A DNA stretch of 64,000 nt from Adineta vaga (taxonomy: Eukaryota; Animalia; Rotifera), in assembly GCA_021613535.1 (NCBI GenBank), contig CP075495.1:7440001-7504000 (forward strand). Reading direction: 5' to 3'. A model generated the notes under the pieces. The model worked only from the letters and a program-made list of their open reading frames with translations, was not told the DNA's origin and did not search any database. This document shows, piece by piece, positions 27,201 through 39,752 of the stretch (the first letter of the stretch is position 1; every line of letters starts with the position of its first letter). The position numbers and the translations under genes were made by a program.

Positions 27201-28561
27201 CGATTATCGAAGAATACGCTTTCATTGCTCACTTTATTAAAATGTAATCGTCACTTGTTGTAGTTTACTAATCTATTTAATATGGCTACTAATGTGTTTC
27301 ATATTGTATTCTCGCTAAGTTAAATATATAGTTAATCAGTGTTTTTTGGTACTTCATATACATGCATTTATATGTAGACTAAGATGAGAGATTCAGTGAA
27401 CATGACTAATCATAAAGCATAATCAAGAAAATTTGATTTAGGAGCGGAGTCGAAACAGAGCTGGAGCGGGGTCGGAGCGAATTTTTTAAATTAAAGCTAG
27501 AGCTGGAGCTGAGCTGGAGCGGCTATTATTCATTGGGAGCGGAGTCGAAAGTCTATTTTTCTATATTGAGCGGAGTCGGAGAGGAGCGGTCTGATATTGT
27601 TTGGAGCTGGAGCTGAGCTGGAGATCGAAAGGGTCGGAGCTGCCCATCTCTGGTCTTAGGCTTCAAACAGACAGAAAAAAATCCGTCGGATTAAAATTGA
27701 ACTAAAGAGAAAATCGTCGAGAATACACGATTTAAGTCCAAACAGACCAATCACGTTAATATTTCAACCTTAAGTTAATTCACTTTTCTCTTCCTGTTTG
27801 ACCCTTAGTGTTTTTTATGCCTAAAATTAATTGGACAAGAATGTGATCCTTTGTTTTTATTGTCTATGTTTCTTCATATAAAATGTAAACAAATTCAGAT
27901 CGATACCATTATTTTCAAATACTTTATTTGTTGTCATTATGTGTATTCAAGAGCAAGTATGTGAAAAATAGAAGTTCTTTTCTGTTTAGTCAACGTATAA
28001 GTGGCAGATGTCAATCGCTAGTGATGGAAAGTTCAGAATAGCCTGTACATTCGAATAGACAGTTTCTTCTAAGGATCATAATAAGTTGTCTCTTTAATTT
28101 TTAAATTATTAATAAAACGTCACAGCTTGTATTTGTTTCTTTTTCAGGCAATTCGTTATTCATCCAGCAACGTCACCGGTCGATTCCCGGATACTTTCGG
28201 ACATCGTTGGCAAGGTGTTGTAATTGAAAACCTTTACTTAACTCTTTACTTATTCTTCCTACGTTTAGAAGCTGCAAATCACCTTCAAAAAATCGCTCAT
28301 CCATTTGGCTCAATTATTAAAATTGATATAACACGATCACAAAATGATATTGGGTTTCTCAGCTTTGTCATTTTGTAAATTTTTAATTGTTATAATACCT
28401 GTACTTTTCAAGTAGATATTTCTTTTTCTTTTAGTTATGATGATGTAGCTGCAGCAAAAAAATTTGTCGAAGTGATTCAAGCATTAAGTTACTGGACATC
28501 TGGTCCCATCATTCTACTATCATTGGCTTATCAGGAAACGCCTCGACAAAATGAAGACTAA
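24276..28561 (+). CDS. Small RRM-like protein gene; intron 1 carries the hAT element
   Basis: Exon 24276-24356 (phase 0) joins exon 28148 onward, then 28435-28561. PFGSIIKIDI...GFLSFVIFYDDVAAAKK resembles RNP1 and helix 2 of an RRM. Confidence 0.6.
24512..27652 (+). mobile_element. Full-length hAT-superfamily DNA transposon (3141 bp)
   Basis: Perfect 20-bp TIRs CAGAGATGGGCAGCTCCGAC (24512-24531 and 27633-27652). Identical 8-bp TSD GTCTTAGG (24504-24511 and 27653-27660). Subterminal GGAGC/GCTCC arrays at both ends. Confidence 0.98.
24966..27263 (+). CDS. hAT transposase (BED zinc finger, DDE, dimerisation domain), 4 exons, 706 aa
   Basis: Exons 24966-25305, 25352-25726, 25775-26144 and 26228-27263 splice in frame (2121 nt). 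Has CVLC...HVQRKH, TLDVWT, VTDNASN, CFSH, KTRWNS and PATSAPVERVFS. Confidence 0.96.
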
Positions 28562-29284
28562 ATGAAATATTTTGTTTTTCTTATTATAAGAGAAAACCAG
28601 TTATCCACTTGACTCATCTCATTTTGTTATTGTCAACTAAAAGAAATAAACAAAAAACTTTATTATATTTCGAAAAAATAAAGAAACCAATTTTCTGTCT
28701 AGACGAAGACAATCATAATTTCTTCAATTTTTTAGTGTTGTTCTAAATATCTAGGTAATCATACATACTGTACTGTTCGTTCCATTGCTGAGGAGTAATG
28801 GCATATCAATTATTTAGCCAATTAACACTATTCTCTTTAGATCATTATCAGGATATTTAATAATTAATTGGTAGTTTCGGGAAGAAATATATGGCTCAAA
28901 TTATTCTCTTTCTTTCGTTTGGACGCTAGATGTACACGTTGATGGTGGCGCATTTTTTTATATGTTCATGATTGGTGAGATGAATTGTACCATTCTAAAT
29001 AATATATAATATCACATCTTTCACACACACTCACACTAACTAACGATATGATAAGCCTATGACTATGACTATAAAGAATGTAGATGTAGATGTAGATATA
29101 CAATTACATTTTTTCAATTTGAATCAATCTCTATTGTATAAAATGTGAATACAGATCTGAACTACATGTTTGTAATCTATTCAGATAGTGAAAAAAACAG
29201 ATTTTGACGAAAATAGTAGACAAGATGTTTGTAGTCTATATTGAAATGTACTGTTTTAGATATTTATATTAAAAGAAAGATCCA

Positions 29285-32200
29285 ATGCCGGCACCGTTAG
29301 TTACTGGTATATCACCTCGTGAAGGTTGTCCTGGTATAAAAATAACTATTCGTGGTGAAAATTTGGGTCTCGATGAAAAAGATTTTATTGGTTTGAAAAT
29401 TTGTGGTGATGATTGCCGAGCGTCAGCTACTTGGGTTAGTCCAACGAAAATTGTTGCTTATGCAGGTAATGGTCAAGGTAAAGGTGATGTAGTTGTTATT
29501 ACAAAAAGTGGTGGAGTTGGCTCGTGTTCTGTTGGATTTTATGGACGCGTTGAACAAGCAGGTAAATTGAAAAATGACTTTTTTAACTGAGAAAGTGAAC
29601 TGTATTTCTTGTTCAAAGGACAATTCCAAGAAGTTGCCGTATGGATTGAAGAAGATGCTGTTGCTTTGTTTGGTTTAAATGCATCCAAAACACCAGCTCT
29701 ATTACCTGGAAGTGGAGATACATTGAGTGGATCAACAACAGATAGCTCGTAAGATTTAATTGAATTAAATGAATATCTATGTAAAAAAATATTTTCTTCT
29801 TCTTTTTCTAGGAATGCAACTCAAGCAGAAGAACTATATGATATGTTTCCAACAAGTAACTAGTTTTCTTGTGTTTTATTTTCTCTAATAGCGTTAGAAT
29901 TGCCACTGAAAAGATTATTGAAAAATCCTCCAATGCCATTCGAAGATACATTAGTTTGATTCTTTTTATAAAGAAATGCACCGATAGCAGCACCAATGAT
30001 GCCTAAGATACCCGTTGGAGCAACAATAGAAGCAATAAGACCAGCTTTAGAACTAGAATTTGACGTAGCTGTGTCTTTTATTGAACGATCATTTCCTAAT
30101 TCATTTGTGATTAGTTTCGTAGTTGTTGAAAATAATAGATGATATGTAGTTGTATGTGTTGTCAATGATGCTATCATGTTATTGTTATTATTACTACCAA
30201 ACACATTATCACTACCAGGTGGTTTAGAAGCTACGCCATCATTTTTTGCTGTTCCATCTAAAAGCTGTCGTCGTTGAATTAAAGATTTCAGGAGTGGTGA
30301 TTTTAAAGAATCTTGAACTCGAACGGATGAAGAAATGATGAGAAGAGAGGTGAATATTTGAGAGAAAATAATTAGATACATTTGTATTTAATGAAACAGT
30401 TGGCGCTGATGATGTTAATGAGACAATTCACTGGAAAGAATTCTTATGATTGTTTTTATCTTAGGTAGTACCGATATTACTCAACCAAATTTTAATCCAT
30501 ATTATTATCTACTTGCTTATAAATCGAATGCGAAGTATGTTCACTGTTGTAAATAAAAGTCTCAATATCATCTATCGAACTACATTTAGTTTTGATGAAT
30601 TGCGTAAAAATTTGGACCATCTGAAACGAACACAAGTTGATAACAAAGGTGCATCGACGACATTAGTTAAAAACAATATCGCATCTTTCATGGAAGCTGT
30701 TGATATAATGAAAGGTTTGTTATAATCGGAGGAGGAAAATGAAGACAACTTTTTTTATTTTTAGACATTCGACGTTTCTCAGCTGATGATCGAAAGAAGA
30801 ATTTTTATAATCCAGTTATTAAATTAGTGGAAGGTTTGCATTGATTAGAGATGCTTGCGAATACATTCGACTTGTCCTTTCTCTTTTCAATAGAAATTTC
30901 TCGCATTGCTCATTCAATGTATGATACTGATTTAACACGCAAAGATTACTCTGATACCATTCGTAATGCATTGAATGTTATACAAAGATATAAATTTATA
31001 TTTCATTTACCACAAACAATTGAACGAAGTGTTAAACGAGTATGTCAATCATAATTAGAGCGAAATAGTTCGTAGGATGTTTTTTTTTAAATAGGAAGAA
31101 TATGAAAAAGTAATTAATGATCTTGTTCGAGCACGTGCAGCATTTGAAACTGTTGATTCTAAAGTTTTTCGAAATAGTATGTTATGTCCGAAATGATAGA
31201 TATAAAACTAAATCACAAATGTCGTTTTTTTTCTTTTATTTTAAAGTTCAACGAGAAGTTGAACAACAAATTCAAAATTTACGTACATTATTTCGACAAC
31301 GTCTTACGGAATTTCCCTCGTCTATTGATGATCAAAAACTATTCATTCGTTACTTACATTCACTTGATCCAAAAGCAGATCCAGCATGGGATTGTATTAT
31401 TCATCAAAAAGCGGCACTTATCGATGTACTTCGATCATGTATAGTTGATCCTAAACAACAACAACAGCAACAGGGTAAATATAAATGTTCATTAGGAAAT
31501 GTGTTTTTTTTTCTCATCTATATGGATTTCATATTTTCCTACAGGACATGATATCAAACTTCATCATCATGATCAAGCAACTGCAATGGTTGATCAAGCA
31601 TGTGATGTTCTTACAACAGCTTTTCCTGATCTTTGGTATTTAATACAATTATATTTGAAAAAGAAACTCTATCCATTATCTGAGGTAAAATCTTCAGAAA
31701 ATGTTTCTTCATATAAATCTATTCTTTTATTACAGAGATCTGATGAAATCGATCGTACATATACACATAAAGCACCAGAATTTCTGGCAAGTATTTTTGT
31801 TCATCAAATCAGATATGTTAACTTCAATAAGGATGTTTCAGGCTTTAACAAAAGAAATCATTCAAACATTTATCAGTGTTGTTCGACGTAATTTATTAAC
31901 TCGTTCGACAGCTTCAGAATCTGACATGTCATCATCACAAGTCGATGATCTCTATACAAATGCTGATGAAATCTATCAACGTGTTAAAACATTACCACAT
32001 TGTGTTCAAAATTGCCGGTAGAAAAAGAACAACTTTAATATGTATTCTTTCAATTTGTTATTCTTTCCTCTATAGTTTGTGTGTATTACATCTTGTTTCT
32101 CTTGATATTCAAGCTGATTTCAAGAAAGATTTACAACAACTAATGTTTGATCTACGTTTAGAATGTTTTAAAGTCATCATGGATCATGCATGTTTAGGTA

Positions 32201-33358
32201 AACTACGAGATCTTCTTTCTTATTTCTTTTAAGGAATAAGAAACGCAATTGAATTGGAGAATATATCACATGTGAATAATTGATTTTATAAAAAAAATGT
32301 TTTCTATATATTGTAGAAGTATCTCGTTTGAATACTCAAGAAACATGGGAATTGGAATGTGATGAAATTCTTGGTTCTCATACAAAATTACCAAATTTAT
32401 TTCATGATATGATTGTAACCAAAGCAAATATAATCTATGAAAATGTTCTATCTGTTAATGTAACCAAAGGTGAACGAAAAGTAAGTTGATTGATGAACAA
32501 AAACGAAAAGACAAATATTTCTTTTAGTTTTTCGAAGATAAAGAAGCAACCAAACAAGCAGCGATTGCTGTGTATCGTTTATTGGGTGATTTTGCATCTG
32601 TATTTCAAATTTTAATCAAAGATTGTTCGTCTTCATCAAATTCAATTGAACCATTATCATCATCGACAACAATGATCACTTCTTCAGAACATTTATCAAA
32701 AACTCTTCGATTAATCATTATTTTGAATAATTTTGCTTATACACGTCGATTTATTCTTCCACGTTTGAAAAAAATCTTTCTTAATTATGGCTTTCGTGGA
32801 ATGGATCGTGTCTACGAAGAGATTGAAAATATTTATAAACGTATCGATGAACAAATATTAGATACAGTACAAAATGAATATCTTCGACCATTTTTACACC
32901 GTTTAGAGTCTCGTATGTATGCAGGAAGATTTGATTGGGCAACACATTCACGTGTAACATCCGTCAAAGATTATGTAAAACATATTATATTAGATTTAGC
33001 ACGTGTTCATGCTGAAGTTTATTCCATTAGTAGTCAATTAGTTTATCTTGTTTTATCAAGACTTTTATCAACATTAGTTAATGAATTAGCTAAATTATAT
33101 TCGAATATTAATCAATTTAGTAAAGCTGGTAGTATGCAAGCATGTTTAGATTTAATTGCATTACAAGAATGTCTTGGACGTTGTATGGAAACTGAAACAT
33201 CAAATCGATTGAAAGAAATTATAACACAAATACCCGATGCAGCTGAACATATTAAAGCTAAAGCATTAACGGACATGTTAAATGTTTTCTTAAAACAAAT
33301 GCAACCGTATTCTATTGCTTTTCGAGATGTTATGCAACCACAAGCGAATACAAACTAA
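29285..33358 (+). CDS. EXOC2: Exocyst complex component 2 (Sec5), multi-exon
   Basis: N-terminal IPT/TIG domain PLVTGISPREG.PG.KITIRGENLG, then FNPYYYLL, RNALNVIQRYKFIFHLP, DPAWDCI, MYAGRFDW and VHAEV. Confidence 0.95.
29860..30381 (-). CDS. Intronless orphan single-pass membrane protein nested antisense in an EXOC2 intron
   Basis: 173-aa ORF with hydrophobic signal peptide, S/T/N-rich ectodomain, TM segment GLIASIVAPTGILGIIGAAIGAFLY and a KK stop-transfer. Lies wholly within intron 29856-30464. Confidence 0.8.
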   Translation of the reverse strand: MYLIIFSQIFTSLLIISSSVRVQDSLKSPLLKSLIQRRQLLDGTAKNDGVASKPPGSDNVFGSNNNNNMIASLTTHTTTYHLLFSTTTKLITNELGNDRSIKDTATSNSSSKAGLIASIVAPTGILGIIGAAIGAFLYKKNQTNVSSNGIGGFFNNLFSGNSNAIRENKTQEN

Positions 33359-33691
33359 AAAGAAATTCTTTTCTCTCTCTTCATGATAGATAGTTTCAAT
33401 GCAACTATTAGAAGTGATATTTACTCTTGTTTGTTTTATTCTTCTTGTACATTTTATTCTTTATTAATGAAGCTGTTTATGATCAAAATTTCTTTTCAAA
33501 AATTTAACTTGGAAGATTTTTTTTTCTCTAGTAAAATCAAAGTTGGGAAAGCTTTTTCTTCTAGTTGTGATTCTTTTATTGATCATAAATTGAATTTTTA
33601 AGTTCAAATCATTTGACTACTTTATAATAATTTCTATTTCTATTTATTTTATTAAAATAACTTCTTTGTTATTCGTTGATTCTATTTCAAG

Positions 33692-35753
33692 ATGTATTTA
33701 AGTTTGAACAAATTTCTACAACCTAATTTTCCACATAAAAGTGTTTTCAGTTTATCCAATGCGATTGTTGGTGCATCTGTTCTTTCAATACCATACTGTT
33801 TTCAACAGGTAATTATAAAAGCTGATAGTTGTAATCGACAGAAAGAATACATGATTTGATTGATTGTAGTGTGGAATTATTTTGGCAACAGTATTAATGA
33901 TTATGTGTGCAATAACTACCTCCTATTCATGTAAAATTCTGATTGCAAGTGCTCAAGCAACTCATTCAACAACTTATGAATATTTAGGTTTACGAGCCAT
34001 GGGTGAGAGAAATAATTTCAATTTTTAGTTCGATGAAATTAATTATTTTAACAAAAGATTATAGGACGATCAATGAAACTCATCGTGGAACTAAGGTTCA
34101 TTAATAGATATCATTTGTAGACGAAGAAAACAAACGATTTTTTTCATAGTTCAATTGGTCTTCTATGTGGTTCAATTGTTGCTTACCAAATGATTGTAGG
34201 TGATCTTGGTTCAGTCATTGTATCACAGATATTTGATATAACGGTAACGTTTTCTTTTTCATATGAAATTGTTTTTTGTTCGATTTATTCATGTTCATTA
34301 CTTTAGTTTAGAATTCACCATTGATACGAGCTTGTGTTATGCTAATTTTAACATGTACAATATCGTTTCCATTGAGTTTATCAGAAAGATTTGATCATTT
34401 AACACCAATATCGATTCAATCGATCATTTTTTATCTTCTTTTTTGTACATATGTAATATTTAAAGTCAATTAAAGATAATATTTGATGTTTATTGAATAT
34501 TTCATAGACATTTGCACAACTATGGTTGAATCCAGACGTAATATCATTTGATATGAACAAAATTGTCTATTGGAAATGGAGTGGATTATTTGTTAGTTTA
34601 CCAATTCTATCACTATCATTTTCATGTCAAACGTAAGATTTTCTATACCTTAAAACGTTGACAGTTGAAATGTAAATTGTATTTAAAAACTTTAAACAAT
34701 GAGAGTCTGCGTGTAAGGTCATTGTCTTTCATCGATGTCTATGTTCTTATTTTAGAATGTTATTTGTTGTTTTTTCTGAATTATCTGATTCAACTTCTCA
34801 TGCTATCAATGATATTATTGATTTATCAGTCACATTAGTTGGATCTATTTATTTTATTGTAAGATCAATTGATTCTTTTTTTTGTTGAATACAACGAAAA
34901 ATGATTCTTTTTTGGTTTTAGACTGGTCTTTTTGGTTATCTAATATTTTCTTCGATACATGAATTTATACCTGGAAATATAATGCAAATATTCCCAAAAG
35001 ATCTCTTTCAACAAATATTTCTTTGGGGATTTTTATTTAATTGTACAACTGGTATACCTTTCATGGTTAATCCAACTCGTGGAAGTCTATTCACATTATG
35101 GAATGATCGAGTAAAATTTTCTTTTCAAATGAAATAATACTGAATTGTTCTTTTGTTTTTCTCTAGCAACAACAATCTCTTTTTGGTGAATGTCATCTTA
35201 TTCCTCGACGATTATTTGTTATTCTTACAGCCATCATCGTTTTTATTCCTACATTTATTGCAATATGTATTCCAAATCTTGAATTTGCATTAGCATTAAC
35301 CGGTGCTACCAGTGGACAGTTGATTTGTTATATTTTACCTGCCATTATTACTCTCTATGTTCTACCACATGGAATCAATATTCTCAAAACAAAAGTTTGA
35401 ATTTTCTATCTAGATTATTTCTTATATATAATTCATTTATTCATTTTATTTAGTTATTAATGTTACTTGGTATTATCTCACTAGTCATTTGTACTTTCAT
35501 GACGTTTGAAAAAGAAATAATGGAAAATCATAGTACGTCATTAAATTTTAGTTTTTACATAGAGGAAAAAAAAGAACGAAGATATATTTTAGCTGCTACA
35601 TTATCATCTGTTATAAAGACGTCAGTTAGTTCTACATTAAAATCAACGGTACGAAAAAACATGCATCGTTTATCTGTTGTTATTTATAGGGTTTTTCTTT
35701 TCTCTTTAGAACGTATCAACGATGATGACAACTCATTGATAGTTGCGTATTAA
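33692..35753 (+). CDS. SLC38A10-like amino acid transporter (Aa_trans family), many short exons
   Basis: SLSNAIVGASVLSIPYCFQQ|CGIILA, TYEYLG, IVGDLG, LPILSLSFSCQ, GLFGYL and LALTGATSGQLICYILP. Last exons are tentative. Confidence 0.88.
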
Positions 35754-35791
35754 ACAAGATTCATCGGGTTATTAATATGTTATTCTACGAA

Positions 35792-35793
35792 TA

Positions 35794-35819
<26 letters not shown>
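35792..35819. repeat. (AT)n microsatellite
   Basis: Run of about 13 AT units. Confidence 0.9.
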
Positions 35820-35824
<5 letters not shown>

Positions 35825-36660
35825 TAAAAATACCTCGTCTATTAAGAATTTTATAGAATAAAAGAACATTTCGTATTTCTATAAATAATCATAACACATG
35901 TTCATATTTTCTTTCAGAATAAATATAAAGAAACCTAATCGTATTATCACATAGAACATTTCCTTTGAAACATGATGTTAAATCAAAGTCATAAATATGC
36001 TTGAAGAACCCGCATAAATATATTCATTGTCTTACATAAGAAATTCCAGATGAGTCCATAATTAAACTAAGAAACAAGATCCTTGTGGATGCACATTAAT
36101 TGTACGATTGATTTGGAATATTTCTGATGATTATTTTATGAAGAGATATCATTTTAATGAGTAATTATTTATTAACACAGGTGGATGGTATTCAGCTAAT
36201 ATGCATCTATAATGAAAACATCTGCTTCTGATGGAATTTTATATGGTATATCTTCCGTTTTGATAAAGAATTCAGTAAATGAGTTTTGTCTATTATTAGC
36301 CATAATAGGTTGTGAATATGTGTGTAAAATTGAATTCTTTTCATAAACTTTCAAGAGCCATTCAATGCTATATATACAATAACGAACAATAAAATTCACT
36401 TAGTATATGTCTTCTCTATTTTTTAAATACTATCTAGAATTCAGTTATTTATAATTATCATGAAAAGAAAGAAACTGAAATAAACGATACCTTACAAAAA
36501 GAAAAGAAGAAAGATCGTGATGACTTATTTTCGAGTGTTTTTCTTCTCTCTAACAGTCAGAAGCTCTTTAATTCATCTCATAAACAGATGAAAATATGTT
36601 AATACTATTCTAAGAATTATTTTTTCCGTTATATACAAAATTCGTTATACATATATGCGT

Positions 36661-36705
36661 AAATTTATTTGTTCAGAGAAATTTATTTGTTCAGAGAAAT
36701 TTATT
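36661..36705. repeat. 18-bp tandem duplication (2.5 copies)
   Basis: aaatttatttgttcagag twice, followed by aaatttatt. Confidence 0.9.
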
Positions 36706-38809
36706 CAAAAGAATCATTATCATACATATTAAAATATGTCTTTCTCTATTATCATATTTATCGCTCATCAATGATGATGTAATTCTTCTAACGAATATTA
36801 TTATTTCACTCAAGTGATCTCTATCAACATATCTCTTGTGTAGTCATTTGTTCGTTTTGGAAAAATCTTTATCCCCACACATTTTCTTTTTGTTAGATCT
36901 TATTTCTATGAATGAACTATCAATCTAATTGTATGTCTCTTTGGCACGTTTGATGATGTGTATATATCATTACATTATGATTTTTACTTAAAACATCTTC
37001 GCACACGTACTCAGATTTTCCTCATTCTTGCTTTGTTTTTTTCTCGACTCGTCTCACAGATCAACAATAAGCTAATGATCTGCAAGATTCTCTGCGTGTG
37101 TTTATGTGTATGCTAAAATTGACTATACTAAATGGCGAAGACGCAAAAAAACAACTGTGCACAAAACCGATGATGATGTTTGTAGCGAGACAAACAAATA
37201 TATATTTATATGTGCTTTTTTCATTACTGATTTTCTCGCTTGCATGTATTGTTAACTTTAAATGAGCATAAAGGCGACGAAAGATGAGTAAAATAGCGAG
37301 AGAGAAAAAAGAACAATGTTAGATTGTAGGAAACTGTGAAAAAAAAACAACAATAACAACAACAATCGATTGAAGATTAAGATCCTATCGTCTTTGCATG
37401 CATACATCTTTCTCTCTCTCTAGTCCTATTGTAATAACGAATAAATACGCATTTTTCATGATTCTGATTAGTTTTATGTTAGATTATTATTAGTATTCAA
37501 TCCTTAAGCAAATGTTAGATTAGTTATTTCTTCCACATACGTAATAATTGCACGTGTATGCTCGAATAATTACAGAGAACTTGACATGGAATATTTTCTG
37601 TCCAACGAAGGATATATAGAGACGACCATAATATTTTTTATTGTAGTTATCGTACTAAATACTATTAGCGACGAGGCAAACATCTAAGATCTTTTTTTTT
37701 ATCGATGAGAATATGACGATAATAATAATAAAATGGTATTGTATTTATCCTTAGTACTACTTTTGAGAAAAGTAGATTACAATTCATGTTAAGTCAAAAG
37801 TTATCTTGTATTAACAGAAAGTACTCATATTCCATCGCTATCAGCATAATTCTAACTGTGAAATGTGCTCTTCAGGGTAAGGAGTAGCTATAGATTAAAG
37901 AAATTTTTCAAGCACACTTTTTTTTTATAAAATATTGTTATTTAAATACAACTCTTAAATAAATCTCACGTACTAAAATATCCGTTCTTATTTCTAATTT
38001 CCATGTCGTCGTAGTTGTTAAGACATTGTGACAATCTTGCTGGGAATACCGATCGGAAACGAATGTGTTGTTTTCTTTTGAGTTCAATAAGATATTCTGC
38101 ATGTGTATTTTGAAAATAATCCGCCGACATCCTGTTTTTTCTTCGTTTCTTCATATTTTCCTTTTTCTTATTTTTTTCACACTATATCATTTCAGTGTGC
38201 GCACAGTGATATACAGAATAATCAATTGTGAACATCTCACGCAAGCGAATGAACGACTTCCGTATGTCATAGTTAGTTTTTCCTGCGTTTCTTGTTCTCT
38301 TTTCCTTCTCTTTTGTTTTTGTTTTATTATTGTCTATTTCGAAGCCAATACATATATATATATATCTATGCGAAGAAAGCCTTTTTTTTATATGACATGC
38401 CAGTTTTTATTAATTTCCTCGTCTTATGTGATAGAAAAATTCTGTATACTAGTTAATTAGTCTGAAATGACAGTATTTGTCAAAGGTGATGAGATATCGC
38501 GTAGGATAGATTGTCGTAGATATACGAGAGGCAATTGATTAAGTACGTTCAAATATTATCTTGAGTTGACTTAGATCCTTTCATATGTAAATATACATCG
38601 TTTGTTCATTCAGCATCGAATATATTCAGTTAGTAAGTAATTAGAAATATCCTTTATTTTATTTTCTATAAGTGTACAGTAAACAAATTAATTCACTCGA
38701 CATCATTCGTAAGATGAGAGTTTATGTAAACTTGTTGATTATGTGACAAGTATTTATAGATATGACAACTTCATTGTGATAAATCTTCATATTTGTGTCA
38801 GTAGCAATT

Positions 38810-39312
38810 ATGTTTTCATCACAAGCATGTTCAGGTTTGCACTCTCATCAAAAATTATCTCCATGTCGATGGTCAGCATCAGCTTCATCATTAGCGGGTC
38901 AACGTGGAAGTTCATTACTTGGTAAAAAAAATAATATATTTCAAAAAAAATAACGATATTTTATTGGTTACTTTAGATCCATCTGTTCAAAAGCCATTAC
39001 AATTATTATCATATAAGAAGGCACATCCGAAACGACATTTAGTATGTGCAATTATTTCAACATTACTTTTCTTTGCAACAGGTAAGAAAATTTTATGTTA
39101 TGGATTGTATTGATGAACATTTAAATTAAGGTATTGTTGCTGTTTTTCATGCTGCGAAATCTTTATATTGCGAACGAAATGGATACTATGAACAAGCATT
39201 AATACATTCACGACGATCATTATCTTGGTCCTTGGCAACATATGTGATTGCATTATTCGTTTATTTGACTCTTGGTTTGATTTTATTTATTCGTTCAATT
39301 GATCATCATTGA
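38810..39312 (+). CDS. CD225/dispanin-family membrane protein (PRRT1/SynDIG/IFITM-like), 3 exons; absent from the ORF track as a whole
   Basis: Exons ~38810-38921, 38977-39081 and 39132-39312 give PKRHLVCAIISTLLFFATGIVAVFHAAKS...GYYEQALIHSRRSLSWS plus a C-terminal TM segment. Confidence 0.8.
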
Positions 39313-39752
39313 CAATCCGAACATAAAACTAAAAGTTTCTTTGTTTTATTGTTGTTCATATTTTCTTCGTCTTCTTCTTCTTCGTCTGTTCCATACAAGA
39401 CAAATCAGAACATGTATATAAGTATGTGCGTTTTCTTTGGTGTCTAATATAAATATACTCTTAACAAATGAGAGTATACAGTGAATATGTTATTATATAT
39501 AAAATGATCACTGAAATATGAATGTTCAAGAATGTGGAGTTCTATTGATAGAATTTGAAAAGGCGAAAAGTTATTTAATTGTAGATAACGGTATGATTAG
39601 GACAATGTTGCTTCCATAGAATACAAAAGACAAAACAAATCATGTCAAGTTATTTATTTCGGGAATTCTAAATCAAAATATCATGGACGAGAAAATTATG
39701 AAAGAAAAACTAGCATGAATGTCAAATAATAATTCAATGTAGCTTGTATCCA

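Noticed and set aside
35900-36400. Short minus-strand ORF and possible decayed gene
   Set aside because: No recognisable domain or consistent splice structure.
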